Below, piece by piece: positions 1-9,025 of a stretch of DNA of 60,631 nt (its first letter is position 1; each line of letters starts with the position of its first letter). The position numbers and the translations under genes are program-made. The notes beneath the pieces are model-generated. The model did not search any database, was not told the origin of the DNA, and saw only the letters and a list, made by a program, of their open reading frames with translations. The DNA is from Promethearchaeota archaeon (GTDB lineage: Archaea; Asgardarchaeota; Lokiarchaeia; Sigyniarchaeales; SOKP01), in the NCBI GenBank assembly GCA_016840165.1, contig JAEOSU010000097.1, positions 1-60,631 on the forward strand, read 5' to 3'.

Positions 1-143
1 TCGATATGATCCACATGATCGATGTGGTCAAAATCATGATCTTGAGCAGATGCTTCTGCTAATATGAAGGAAACAATAGACAGAATCAAACCTCCAATGA
101 ATAAACCTAAGCAAATACTGAAAAAAATGTCATAGATATCCAT
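1..143 (-). CDS. 5' part of a membrane protein with a His/Asp-rich segment (NfeD/DUF1449-like); runs off the window edge
   Basis: Manual translation from ATG at 143: MDIYDIFFSICLGLFIGGLILSIVSFILAEASAQDHDFDHIDHVDHI..., one TM helix followed by DH repeats. Confidence 0.6.
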   Translation of the reverse strand, partial: MDIYDIFFSICLGLFIGGLILSIVSFILAEASAQDHDFDHIDHVDHI

Positions 144-223
144 CTTTCTTATATCGCCACTATCTTTAAATTTTTAATTTTTACATTTAATTTTTTTCCG
201 ATGAAATCGGTTCTATATTATCC

Positions 224-409
224 TCATAAATTGACTATAAGGAATATTATAAAGATTATACAGGTAATTAAGGCGGTGTTTATTAGAATCGCACGAGCCA
301 GTGAAGCCTTCTTATTAATTTTTTTTTGGAACTTCTTCTCTCTTATATCTTTACCATGAAAATAAATAATTCTCTTATCATCTTCCGATACACTTTCACT
401 CACACTCAT
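224..409 (-). CDS. small membrane protein with a C-terminal TM helix
   Basis: 61 aa; GGAGGT Shine-Dalgarno at 421-426; basic stretch followed by a hydrophobic C-terminus. Confidence 0.65.
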   Translation of the reverse strand: MSVSESVSEDDKRIIYFHGKDIREKKFQKKINKKASLARAILINTALITCIIFIIFLIVNL

Positions 410-457
410 TTCTTTTTACTACCTCCTTTTTTAATAATTAATTTTTTAATTACTTTT

Positions 458-545
458 CATAAGGTTGGAGTGGGGGGATTAGTGTTTGAAATCTTCCCCC
501 TTATCTCCAAATCGGTTATATCGGCGGTTTCACCCTCTCCTTATG
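458..545. other. GC-rich intercistronic structured element (candidate cis-regulatory RNA)
   Basis: Closing stem CATAAGG(458-464)/CCTTATG(539-545); inner stems TTGGAG/CTCCAA, GGGGG/CCCCC and GATT/AATC, all in AT-rich surroundings. Confidence 0.45.
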
Positions 546-564
546 ATTAATGTCGATAAAGACT

Positions 565-969
565 TCAATCTAAGGTTAGTTTAGTACCACAATTATGGCA
601 ATATATTGCTCCCTCTTCTCTCTTTACCCCGCAATATTGACAATAACGCGAATTTTCGGGTCTTGATATAAAATCTTCATTAAATTCTTGTACTTTCCTT
701 GGACTGGAATCTTGAACATAATGATTAATATATGGATTTCTCAGAGTTCTCTGATAAGAAACGTTCGCATTTTTTTCTCCATATTGAATATTTCTTTCAT
801 ATGAACCTCTCCGACTAATCGAAGATAAAATAATAGATATCATAACAATTCCGATAATGATCATTATAAACATTGGACTGAAAAACATAAATCTATTATA
901 AAAAAGCATAAAAAATCCAAGAACTACAAGTGCTATAAGGCATCCTAAGCCAGAATTACTTTTTGCCAT
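565..969 (-). CDS. membrane protein with a C-terminal zinc ribbon
   Basis: Two N-terminal TM helices; C-terminal CQYCG...CHNCG. Confidence 0.85.
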   Translation of the reverse strand: MAKSNSGLGCLIALVVLGFFMLFYNRFMFFSPMFIMIIIGIVMISIILSSISRRGSYERNIQYGEKNANVSYQRTLRNPYINHYVQDSSPRKVQEFNEDFISRPENSRYCQYCGVKREEGAIYCHNCGTKLTLD

Positions 970-1241
970 TCTTTTTTTCTTTTTCTATATTTTTATTATA
1001 TTTTCAATATATGTTGATATACAAACATATTTAAAGGTTTCGAACAATATATAAAAGACCAAAATACTGGAGGTTTCAAGTCATCTTAGAAGACTTAAAC
1101 TAATATATAGATATATATATAATATAGAATAAGATAGATTATTTAAGAAGACTAATACATATAGAGCATCTTCTACTATGATTATAAAATATATGTCCCT
1201 TATTAGTACACCTTAAATTAGGTGAAAAATGCCTAAACTGT

Positions 1242-2141
1242 TTATATCCAATCTGGACATCGATCAAATTTAGTTTTGACTATTCTTTGCTGATCTTCTG
1301 GTAAAGGATTTCCGTACAATCTGACTCTAAGCCCAAAGAATGGCTTAAGTACCTTAATATCCGTGATTTTGTTATGATCCAGGTTTATTTATTCTAAATT
1401 ATCTAATCTTTCGAGTACAGAAACCTTTTGGATCTTATTATAATCGAGATATAATGTAAACAATTCGTGCAAATTACTTAATCCAGAAATCTCTTCAATC
1501 TGATTGTCAGTTAAGGCTAATTCATATAAATTTTTTTGATGCTCCAATCCGCTAATTTTCTTAATTTGATTGAAGGATAAATCCAACCTTCTTAGTTTAT
1601 GCAGATTATCCAAGCCCTCTATTTTAGTGATACAATTGATTGAGAGATCTAATTCATATATCTTTGATAACGTACTTAATCCACTAATTCTCTCAATCTT
1701 ATTACGATTTAGTCTTATTCTTTCTAAATTGGTTAATTGATCAATATTTTCAATCTTGCGTATATCATTAAAGGATAAATCTAAGTCAGTTAGATTGGTT
1801 AAGTTATCAAGGCGTTCTATTGTGGTTATTTTATTAGTGCTAAGATCCAAGTCGTCTAAGCTAAATAAATTTCTCAAGCCCCGAATCTCATAGATTTTAT
1901 TTCCCGAAATACCTAACGCTCTTAGGTTAAAAAGGCTCTCTAAATCCCTGATATCCATGATTTTATTATCGTTTAGGTTAAGGACAGTAAGCTCTTGAAG
2001 GTCAGTTAATCCCTTAATGTCATCCATATCCTCAATTCCCATATTTTGAAGGTCTAAGCTATAGGTATATGATTCTCCTTTTATGAATATGTTTTTTTCC
2101 TTCTCAACCTTTATTTCTTTTCCCTTATATCGCACACTCAT
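1242..2141 (-). pseudogene. SDS22/internalin-like leucine-rich repeat protein interrupted by an in-frame TAA at 1389-1391 (ORF track gives 1389-2141)
   Basis: Regular 22-aa LxxLxLxxNxIxxIxGL repeats. Past the TAA the same frame reads INLDHNKITDIKVL...LYGNPL (another repeat plus a cap) up to a stop at 1242-1244. Confidence 0.75.
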
Positions 2142-2419
2142 AATATTTTATTGATATTAGTAAAAAATAAATCTATACAGAATATATAATTTTGAAATTA
2201 TAATCCATTTTTTCATAAAATAATTACTAGTTTTCTAACAATATTTTGATAATAGACCTGACATAAAAATGTTTAATATAGAATCTTATATATTCTCATG
2301 ATCAAGTTTTTATGTCCATAGTCCTAATATATAATAACCTCAATATTTATTAATATATTATTATATATCCCAATTGATAATTAATTCTTGAATATTATTA
2401 AATTCTTTAAAAAGTAGAG

Positions 2420-3175
2420 GTGGTAGATGATATGGTGAATGAAAATGGCAATGATACAGATGATAAATCGAATAAAAATGATTCTAAAGAATCCGAAATA
2501 AAAGAAAAAAGTATATTTGTGAAAGTATCTGAAGAAACAAGAGATATTATCGATAAATATAAGGATGAAGGAGTGACTATATCCAATTTCATCCAGAATT
2601 CAATTAAGATGTATGATGAATATAACTCAATGGCCCCTGAAGTGCACGGCATCATTACAAAATATAAAGAAGAAAATGAGAGTCTGGTTTCATTTTTGGA
2701 AAAAGCAATTAAATTTTATGGTGAACAAAAATTACTTGATCGGGATCTCTGGGTTCGCGCACGAGATGAGATGAAGATGATGCTCATCGGAAAAACTACC
2801 TTTAACCAACTCATCGCTGCGGCAGAAAGTCCTGAGGATGCAAGGCATAAACCTCAAAAAAAGAACGTGGCATTTGATCTTATCTTATGGTATACAGGAA
2901 AACCATTGCAAAGTCTTTCACCCGCCGAAATTATTAATACTATACAAAAAATGTGGGTTGTTGCTAATTATTTCTATGCTATTGATGTAAAGCAGGATAA
3001 TGATGAATTTTTTCTTCTTTTTAAGCATCGACAAGATAGAAGATTTTCAAAATATTGGCTAGGATATTTTATTAGGCTTTTCAGCAGTGAGGCTCTCCCA
3101 TTTAAATGTATCGTGGAAGGGCAAGCGTTCGATGAGACCCTTTCGATGAATATCAAGGTTGCTTATGAAAAGTAA
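2420..3175 (+). CDS. putative regulator with an N-terminal ribbon-helix-helix-like segment and an alpha/beta C-terminal domain
   Basis: SIFVKVSEETRDIIDKYKDEGVTISNFIQNSI fits a strand-helix-helix pattern; 251-aa ORF. Confidence 0.55.
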   Translation: MVDDMVNENGNDTDDKSNKNDSKESEIKEKSIFVKVSEETRDIIDKYKDEGVTISNFIQNSIKMYDEYNSMAPEVHGIITKYKEENESLVSFLEKAIKFYGEQKLLDRDLWVRARDEMKMMLIGKTTFNQLIAAAESPEDARHKPQKKNVAFDLILWYTGKPLQSLSPAEIINTIQKMWVVANYFYAIDVKQDNDEFFLLFKHRQDRRFSKYWLGYFIRLFSSEALPFKCIVEGQAFDETLSMNIKVAYEK

Positions 3176-3177
3176 TC

Positions 3178-3450
3178 TCAACTTTGGCCTATTGCAAATT
3201 CTTTATGGGTTGATTTGGAAATAACTTCATCTAACTCTATATTATTGATATTATCATAGTAAAAGGTAGTTAAATCACCATTACACTCCTTCATTATTTT
3301 CAACTCTATGCCTCTATTGAATAAGATAAAATCATAATTATTACTCTTCAACTCTAAAAGAAATCTTATAAGTTCTGCTTCAGTTATCCATAATCTTAGC
3401 TTTTCACATCCATTATATGATAATGTAATATAATACAATTTGTCTAGCAT
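3178..3450 (-). CDS. hypothetical protein
   Basis: 90-aa ORF converging on the previous gene; no recognised motif. Confidence 0.5.
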   Translation of the reverse strand: MLDKLYYITLSYNGCEKLRLWITEAELIRFLLELKSNNYDFILFNRGIELKIMKECNGDLTTFYYDNINNIELDEVISKSTHKEFAIGQS

Positions 3451-3610
3451 ATCGTAGAGATGTTGTAATGAAACTTTTTAAAGTAAAATATATTTTAATT
3501 GTTTTCTTAAAAATTAAAACTGATAAGTTGTATTTTCGAATAGACCTAAAAGAATAATTATTTATTCTCTAATTTTCATTTTATTCCTAAAAAAGGATGG
3601 TTTTTAATTA

Positions 3611-3964
3611 ATGACTAAAAATAAAGATTATTATGAAATACTTGGTATATCGAAAGATGCTGATCAAAAAGAGATAAAATTAGCATATAGAAAGCTAGCG
3701 AAAAAGTACCATCCTGATTTAAATCATAAAGATAAAAATGCTAAGGAGAAATTTATCGAGTTAAAAGAGGCATATGATACGCTTATTGATCCTATAAAGC
3801 GCAAAATCTATGACCAAGCAGGTTATGATCCTCGAAACATAGATCTAAATGATATATTTCATAAGTATGATTTTATTACCATTAGAGAAATATTGCAGCA
3901 GATATTTAGCGCAAATAGACAAAAACCTCAATATAAACCTCCTCCTGAAGGAATGTACATTTAA
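3611..3964 (+). CDS. J-domain protein (stand-alone, class C)
   Basis: DYYEILG...[11 protein letters not shown]...EAYDTL..P.KRKIYDQ; no G/F or Zn-finger region. Confidence 0.92.
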   Translation: MTKNKDYYEILGISKDADQKEIKLAYRKLAKKYHPDLNHKDKNAKEKFIELKEAYDTLIDPIKRKIYDQAGYDPRNIDLNDIFHKYDFITIREILQQIFSANRQKPQYKPPPEGMYI

Positions 3965-4058
3965 GATTAAAAAAATTAAAAATCCAAAATTCTCTTTTTC
4001 TTTGAGAATAATTAGTTTCATCTCTAACCATAAGTAGCTTGGTGCTTTTCGTTCTATA

Positions 4059-4985
4059 TTAAATATAATAGTACATTTTTCGTTCAACTTTTTCTGAAGA
4101 CACCCATTTCACATCTACAAGGATACGTAATATGTTCTCAATCAAATCTTCTGAAATTTTCTCTTGGTCATCAAACAATCTATTCTTAATGGCTTTAGTA
4201 GTATATCTCTTTTTATTTTTATTTAAAAATTGCATTAAACGAAAATCAATGTCATTTATTTTGATGAAATATAAATCCATCCCCTTATCTTTAAATGCTT
4301 GTCTAACCTTGCGATAATCTTCTCTTTCACCTTTATGTTTTTTATCATAAATAATTTCTAAAATGCGCTTTCCTGAGAGCTGCATAATTATAAGGTTAGT
4401 TGTATAATAAATTGAGAGAAACCATTCAGGGATATATAGGCTACAGAATAAAAATATAATGATATGAAATATTATAGTAATGGCTAACATCTCATCAGAA
4501 TCATGGATGACGCTCCACGCAAATCCACGGTAATACAAATAGTTCTGTATAGTTGCTCGAAACACATTATAAAGATAGATGAGTGAAATAGCAATAATTA
4601 TCGCTATTGATTTTCTCCAAATGATATCTTGTTTAGTTTGTAGGGTTTTTGAATGTGGTGTAAAAATAATTACAGCTATAAAAAGACTCATCGCCAAAAA
4701 TCCAGTGCATCCGTTATTTATATATGTTAAAGATTCAGAGGGAGTGGCAATATACCAAGGAGAAGGATAGATTGGTCTATACCATGCAAAAGCGCCCAGA
4801 TTAAAAAATAGGTTTAAAAAAAAAACTACATGTTTCGCAAATAATTCTTGCAACCAAACAATTTCGACGTTCTCAACAAATTGAAGGAGTAAAGGCACAG
4901 ATATTATTAAACCCAAAGGAAATAAAATTAGAGCTAAATTGGAAAAGCTATACTTTCTTCCTCTAAATCTAATTTCTAATCTCAT
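4059..4985 (-). CDS. archaeosortase/exosortase-family transpeptidase with a C-terminal winged-helix extension
   Basis: Multi-TM; catalytic triad motifs NNGCTG (Cys), YNVFRA (Arg), VIHD (His); soluble C-terminal wHTH-like tail. Confidence 0.8.
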   Translation of the reverse strand: MRLEIRFRGRKYSFSNLALILFPLGLIISVPLLLQFVENVEIVWLQELFAKHVVFFLNLFFNLGAFAWYRPIYPSPWYIATPSESLTYINNGCTGFLAMSLFIAVIIFTPHSKTLQTKQDIIWRKSIAIIIAISLIYLYNVFRATIQNYLYYRGFAWSVIHDSDEMLAITIIFHIIIFLFCSLYIPEWFLSIYYTTNLIIMQLSGKRILEIIYDKKHKGEREDYRKVRQAFKDKGMDLYFIKINDIDFRLMQFLNKNKKRYTTKAIKNRLFDDQEKISEDLIENILRILVDVKWVSSEKVERKMYYYI

Positions 4986-4997
4986 AATCTCTACTTC

Positions 4998-5234
4998 TTA
5001 GTTATTAGTCTCATTTAATTTCTTCTCTTTTTCCGATGCTTTTTTTAACCAAAAATGGAATCGATCTAAGTATACATAATTAAGTATTACAAGTAATGGA
5101 ATAAGTATAATTCCAAGAAAAAGTCTACTCTCCGATGTCATTGAAGTAATCGTGAGCCCGATGATAAAGGCGAATATTAGATTCAAAGAGAGAAATAACC
5201 AAAATATCAATTTTTTAATGAATAGCTGTTGCAT
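4998..5234 (-). CDS. small two-TM membrane protein
   Basis: 78 aa, two hydrophobic helices, 12 bp upstream of the archaeosortase gene. Confidence 0.7.
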   Translation of the reverse strand: MQQLFIKKLIFWLFLSLNLIFAFIIGLTITSMTSESRLFLGIILIPLLVILNYVYLDRFHFWLKKASEKEKKLNETNN

Positions 5235-5474
5235 GGTATTTCAATTTATAATAACATTGGGGATATTTTAAATAAAGTATATGAGAAGAAATTACAAGTT
5301 TAAATTAAAATTTAACTTCGAAAAGAAATTAATATCAAGAATAAAAAAGGATGTGTTTATTTGATAATACTCAAATTATAAACCTCCACCTAAAAGTATG
5401 TATATTTACATATTTAAAAATTAAAAATCTAAAATTCTCTGTTTCTTTAAGAATCATTAGTTCCATGTCTAAGC

Positions 5475-5669
5475 GTAAGTAAAATGGTATGGTATGAGAT
5501 ACCTAATTTGGCGTAAAAATTACACTGTAATTTCTTTTTTTATCGCATATCCATACCTTTTACTTACTTGTTTTACTATATAACTTTTATTTATAAATCT
5601 ACTGCAGAATATTCGTAGTGTTTAAATAGTATTATTTAGAAATAAATATAATTAGCTGTTTACGCCAAA
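5475..5669. repeat. nested inverted repeats (long imperfect hairpin plus an 11-bp distant inverted pair)
   Basis: Arms 5475-5501 and 5541-5567; TTTGGCGTAAA(5507-5517) is complementary to TTTACGCCAAA(5659-5669). Confidence 0.6.
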
Positions 5670-5781
5670 ATAGTTATTATCAAATCGAATTGTACCATTA
5701 GGGTATGGTGCGGCGATATTTTCCACTATAGATCATATCAGGCTTGAATCCAGGGCATATCAAGCTAAAAAAATAGGTTTT

Positions 5782-6276
5782 TTATAAATAAGGTAAATCT
5801 GTCTTAATTTCAAAAATATTATTTGTGAGTTTAATTAGTTTATGGAAGTCATCTTTTGGTATCTGTAAAGTTTCAGTATTGATATTCGGATGGCAGCAAA
5901 TTAACTCTGAGTTCCAGATCTTCTGTTCAATCCAGAAGATAACCTTGTTTTCTTTATCATTAATCAAACCTAAAGGTGATACCGCACCAGGAGTAAGTTC
6001 TAGTACCTCCGCTAAGTCTTCTTCATCCGCAAACCGAACTTTTGGAGCGGAGATCATTCTTCGAAAATCTTTTAAGTCCAAACTTTTATCATATGGAATA
6101 GTAACTAAATATAATTGTCCAGATTTCTTATTTTTAAGCACCAAATTCTTACAATGGGATCCTGAGATATGAGCACTATGAAGTTTTGCTTCAGGAACGG
6201 TAAAGACAGCAGGGTGGGTAAATAACTTATACTTAATTTCATTAGTTTCTAACCAATTCTCTAATTTCTTATCCAT
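5782..6276 (-). CDS. YbaK/ProX (PrdX-type) aminoacyl-tRNA deacylase
   Basis: HPAVFTV, HCKNLVL, GAVSPLGL and HPNINT motifs. Confidence 0.92.
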   Translation of the reverse strand: MDKKLENWLETNEIKYKLFTHPAVFTVPEAKLHSAHISGSHCKNLVLKNKKSGQLYLVTIPYDKSLDLKDFRRMISAPKVRFADEEDLAEVLELTPGAVSPLGLINDKENKVIFWIEQKIWNSELICCHPNINTETLQIPKDDFHKLIKLTNNIFEIKTDLPYL

Positions 6277-6430
6277 TTTCTTATCTAAGTAGTTATAGAC
6301 TTATAGAATTATAAATGTTTTAAGTTAGTTTTTTAGAAAGTAGAAATTATATTCAATTTTTTTATATGATAAAACATAATCCATATTGGTATTCCAATAG
6401 ATTAAATTATAATTCTTAAAGTGAGGAAAT

Positions 6431-7639
6431 TTGGCTTGGCAAATTATATTTAATGTATCTTTTTTAATTTTAGGATATCTTCTTGGATCTGTGAATCCTG
6501 GTTATCTTTTTGGAAAATTGAAAGGAATTGATATAAGACAAGTTGGAACTAAAAACGCTGGAACATCAAACACTTTTCGAGTTCTAGGTATAGGATATGC
6601 AATTCCTACGGCACTATACGACACTCTAAAAGGAGTGATAATCGTGCTTGTAGCCTTAACTCTTGGAATTGATCCCTTCTTTGCCCATCTTAGCGGGCTT
6701 TTGGCCGTTTTAGGGCACATTTTTCCTTTCTATTTAAAGTTCCATGGGGGTCAAGGAGTAGCTACGGCAACTGGATTAATGCTTTATTATCTCTTAAATT
6801 ACATTGTTATAAATCCATTCTTTCTCTTGATTATGCCATATTTACTTTTAATTGTACTTGTTTTTTGGTATATTTCAAGACGCGGAAATCTGTTAGGAGT
6901 AATGGTTCCTCCGGTTCTTGCTTATGCCGTTTGGATTAATTATCCATTACATATAGAAAATCTATTTTTTACGATTCTCTTGGCTCAAATCACAATAATT
7001 GGAATATATAATATTATTAATCGCAAATTAATTGCAATAGACGATGAGGATTTTCAAGCTCGCTGGTGGCGAGTAGCAACACGACCCTTTTCCTTCTTAT
7101 TTATCATCTTCTTTCTAATATTTGGTCAATTTACTGCCTTATTTATCATCGGAATTGTCGCATGTGTATTTATTTTTTTAGACATTCTTCGCATCTTTCA
7201 TGAAAAATCAGATAGTCTTATGACTGAAAAAACAGAAAAAATCTATAGAAAGGAGGAAAAGAAAACCTTTTCCTCGATGACTACCTTTCTTGTGGCGATC
7301 TTTATTTCGGTCCTTTTGTTTGAGAAAAATATCGCAATCGCATCAACCGTTTTTCTCATTTTTGGCGATACATTTGGAAAAATATTTGGACTGGCATTCG
7401 GGAAGAGATGGATTATTAAAAATAAAAAGTCCGTTGAGGGAACTCTTGCGTATTTAGGATGTATGCTAATTTTTGGTTATATTCTCTATACATCTCTTGA
7501 TATTTCTCTCTGGATTCTAATAATAGGATGTTTAGCAGCACCGGCAGTAGAGTTATTATCTATGGGAGTGAATGATAATCTCACCGTTCCTATAATAAGC
7601 GGGGCCATTATGACTGTAGCATTATTTTTAGGAATTTGA
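6431..7639 (+). CDS. plsY: PlsY-family glycerol-3-phosphate acyltransferase domain fused to a SEC59/DGK1/VTE5-type CTP-dependent lipid kinase domain
   Basis: N-half: GYLLGS, DIRQVGTKNAGTSNTFR, DTLKG, GHIFPFYLKFHGGQGVAT. C-half: GDTFGKIFG..FGK, KKSVEGT, NDNLTVP. Confidence 0.85.
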   Translation: MAWQIIFNVSFLILGYLLGSVNPGYLFGKLKGIDIRQVGTKNAGTSNTFRVLGIGYAIPTALYDTLKGVIIVLVALTLGIDPFFAHLSGLLAVLGHIFPFYLKFHGGQGVATATGLMLYYLLNYIVINPFFLLIMPYLLLIVLVFWYISRRGNLLGVMVPPVLAYAVWINYPLHIENLFFTILLAQITIIGIYNIINRKLIAIDDEDFQARWWRVATRPFSFLFIIFFLIFGQFTALFIIGIVACVFIFLDILRIFHEKSDSLMTEKTEKIYRKEEKKTFSSMTTFLVAIFISVLLFEKNIAIASTVFLIFGDTFGKIFGLAFGKRWIIKNKKSVEGTLAYLGCMLIFGYILYTSLDISLWILIIGCLAAPAVELLSMGVNDNLTVPIISGAIMTVALFLGI

Positions 7640-8193
7640 AAATTGATAAATTAATTGTTAAATCATAAATTTAAGAGTTATTTTTTGATTTCGTCTTTTT
7701 AGAAAAAATACACAAATACACACTCAATTTTTTTGTCATGCAACCAGTGTGTATTCACAACAAGATAGGCTTAGAAACCTTCAAAACATTAAAGACACTA
7801 TTTCTGATCAAAATTTTAGATCGAAACATTTATAAATGAATACACAATTATGATACATAACTACACAACAAAAAAAATGATAAAAAATGAGATATAAAAA
7901 ATTAGATAGGAAGGAAGAAATAATTATGAAAAGTGCGATTGAAGGATACCACTCCTGCTTTCGCTAAAAATATTTTATTTTTATTTTTTTTAAAAATGAT
8001 TTATGGAGGAAAAGAGTATGAAAAAAAATTCAATAACGAATGGATTTGATGAAATAGATAGGATAAAAACTATAGTACATTCAAAATTACTAATTAATTA
8101 TACGCATAATTCTAATCAATAATCTAATTGTAATTAAATAAAAAGTCAAAAATGTGATTAATAAAAATAATACAAAAAAAGAGATGAGATATT

Positions 8194-8991
8194 ATGGTAG
8201 AAGAAGAGAATAATGAGAAGTATTGTCCATTTTGTGGAGAGTCGTTAGAAGAAAATGCAAAATTTTGTGCTTCATGTGGTCAGGTTCTGCCTGAAGATGC
8301 GAATAATCCCGGGAATCATGAGGAAAGGAAAGATAATCCTGGTAACAATGAGTATGACGATGAGGAAGATGATGAAAAGACAACAAGGTTAAAAATTTCA
8401 TCAGATGGGATAAAACTTAGATCATCGAGCGATAATGATGACAGTACTGTACGATTAAATATTTCTGTTCCAGATTCTAAAAGAAAGGAATGGAAAAGGT
8501 TAGCTGCTACACTTGATGAATCGGTTTCAGAACTAGTAAGGGAAGCTATGGGAGCGCTTCAAGCCGGTTTGACTGGAGCTGAAAATTTAGATGATTTTGG
8601 ACTGAAGATGGAAGAATGGGGAAAAAAGTTCGAAAAAAACATAAAAAAGTCGGGGATAGTGGATATCGGGAAGAAAGTTAAGAAAGATGTGCAGAGAAGT
8701 TTAGACAAAAGTTTAGGTAAGATCGATAAAAAGTATAGAGAATCAAAAAAGTCCGAAGAGGAACTTGAGCGGATAAAAAAGAGAATTAAAGGACTAATCA
8801 AGCTTCAAGGATCAGTCCCAATAGATAAGCTCTCACAAGCATTAGAAATTTCTAAGGAAGATGCTGAAAATATGATATATGAGTTAGCTGCAGAGGGTGT
8901 CGAAGGTAAACTAGAAGAGGGAGTATTTAAATATACTTCGAACGAGGATGAGGTTATTTCCAAATTGTTCAGATTAATAGATCAATTGTAA
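8194..8991 (+). CDS. zinc-ribbon + ribbon-helix-helix + C-terminal PCI/winged-helix-like protein, probable regulator
   Basis: CPFCG..CASCG; TVRLNISVPDSKRKEWKRLA...SVSELVREAM; VPIDKLSQALEISKEDAENMIYEL. Confidence 0.7.
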   Translation: MVEEENNEKYCPFCGESLEENAKFCASCGQVLPEDANNPGNHEERKDNPGNNEYDDEEDDEKTTRLKISSDGIKLRSSSDNDDSTVRLNISVPDSKRKEWKRLAATLDESVSELVREAMGALQAGLTGAENLDDFGLKMEEWGKKFEKNIKKSGIVDIGKKVKKDVQRSLDKSLGKIDKKYRESKKSEEELERIKKRIKGLIKLQGSVPIDKLSQALEISKEDAENMIYELAAEGVEGKLEEGVFKYTSNEDEVISKLFRLIDQL

Positions 8992-9025
8992 TCTTCTAAA
9001 TTTAAAGAATAAGACTAGAAAAATT

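Noticed and set aside
458-545. Possible tRNA or glycine riboswitch
   Set aside because: No D-loop, TPsiC or anticodon geometry; the glycine aptamer 3' motif CUCAGG is absent. Kept only as an unknown structure
547-567. TGA stop of the zinc-ribbon gene followed by a structured element, suggesting Sec readthrough with a SECIS
   Set aside because: Readthrough would add only SLYRH before a TAA, there is no redox-motif context, and I see no clear AUGA/GA SECIS core
5570-5731. Possible replication origin (AT-rich spacer, TTTTCCACTATA resembling a mini-ORB)
   Set aside because: Only one partial ORB-like match and no orc1/cdc6 gene in the window
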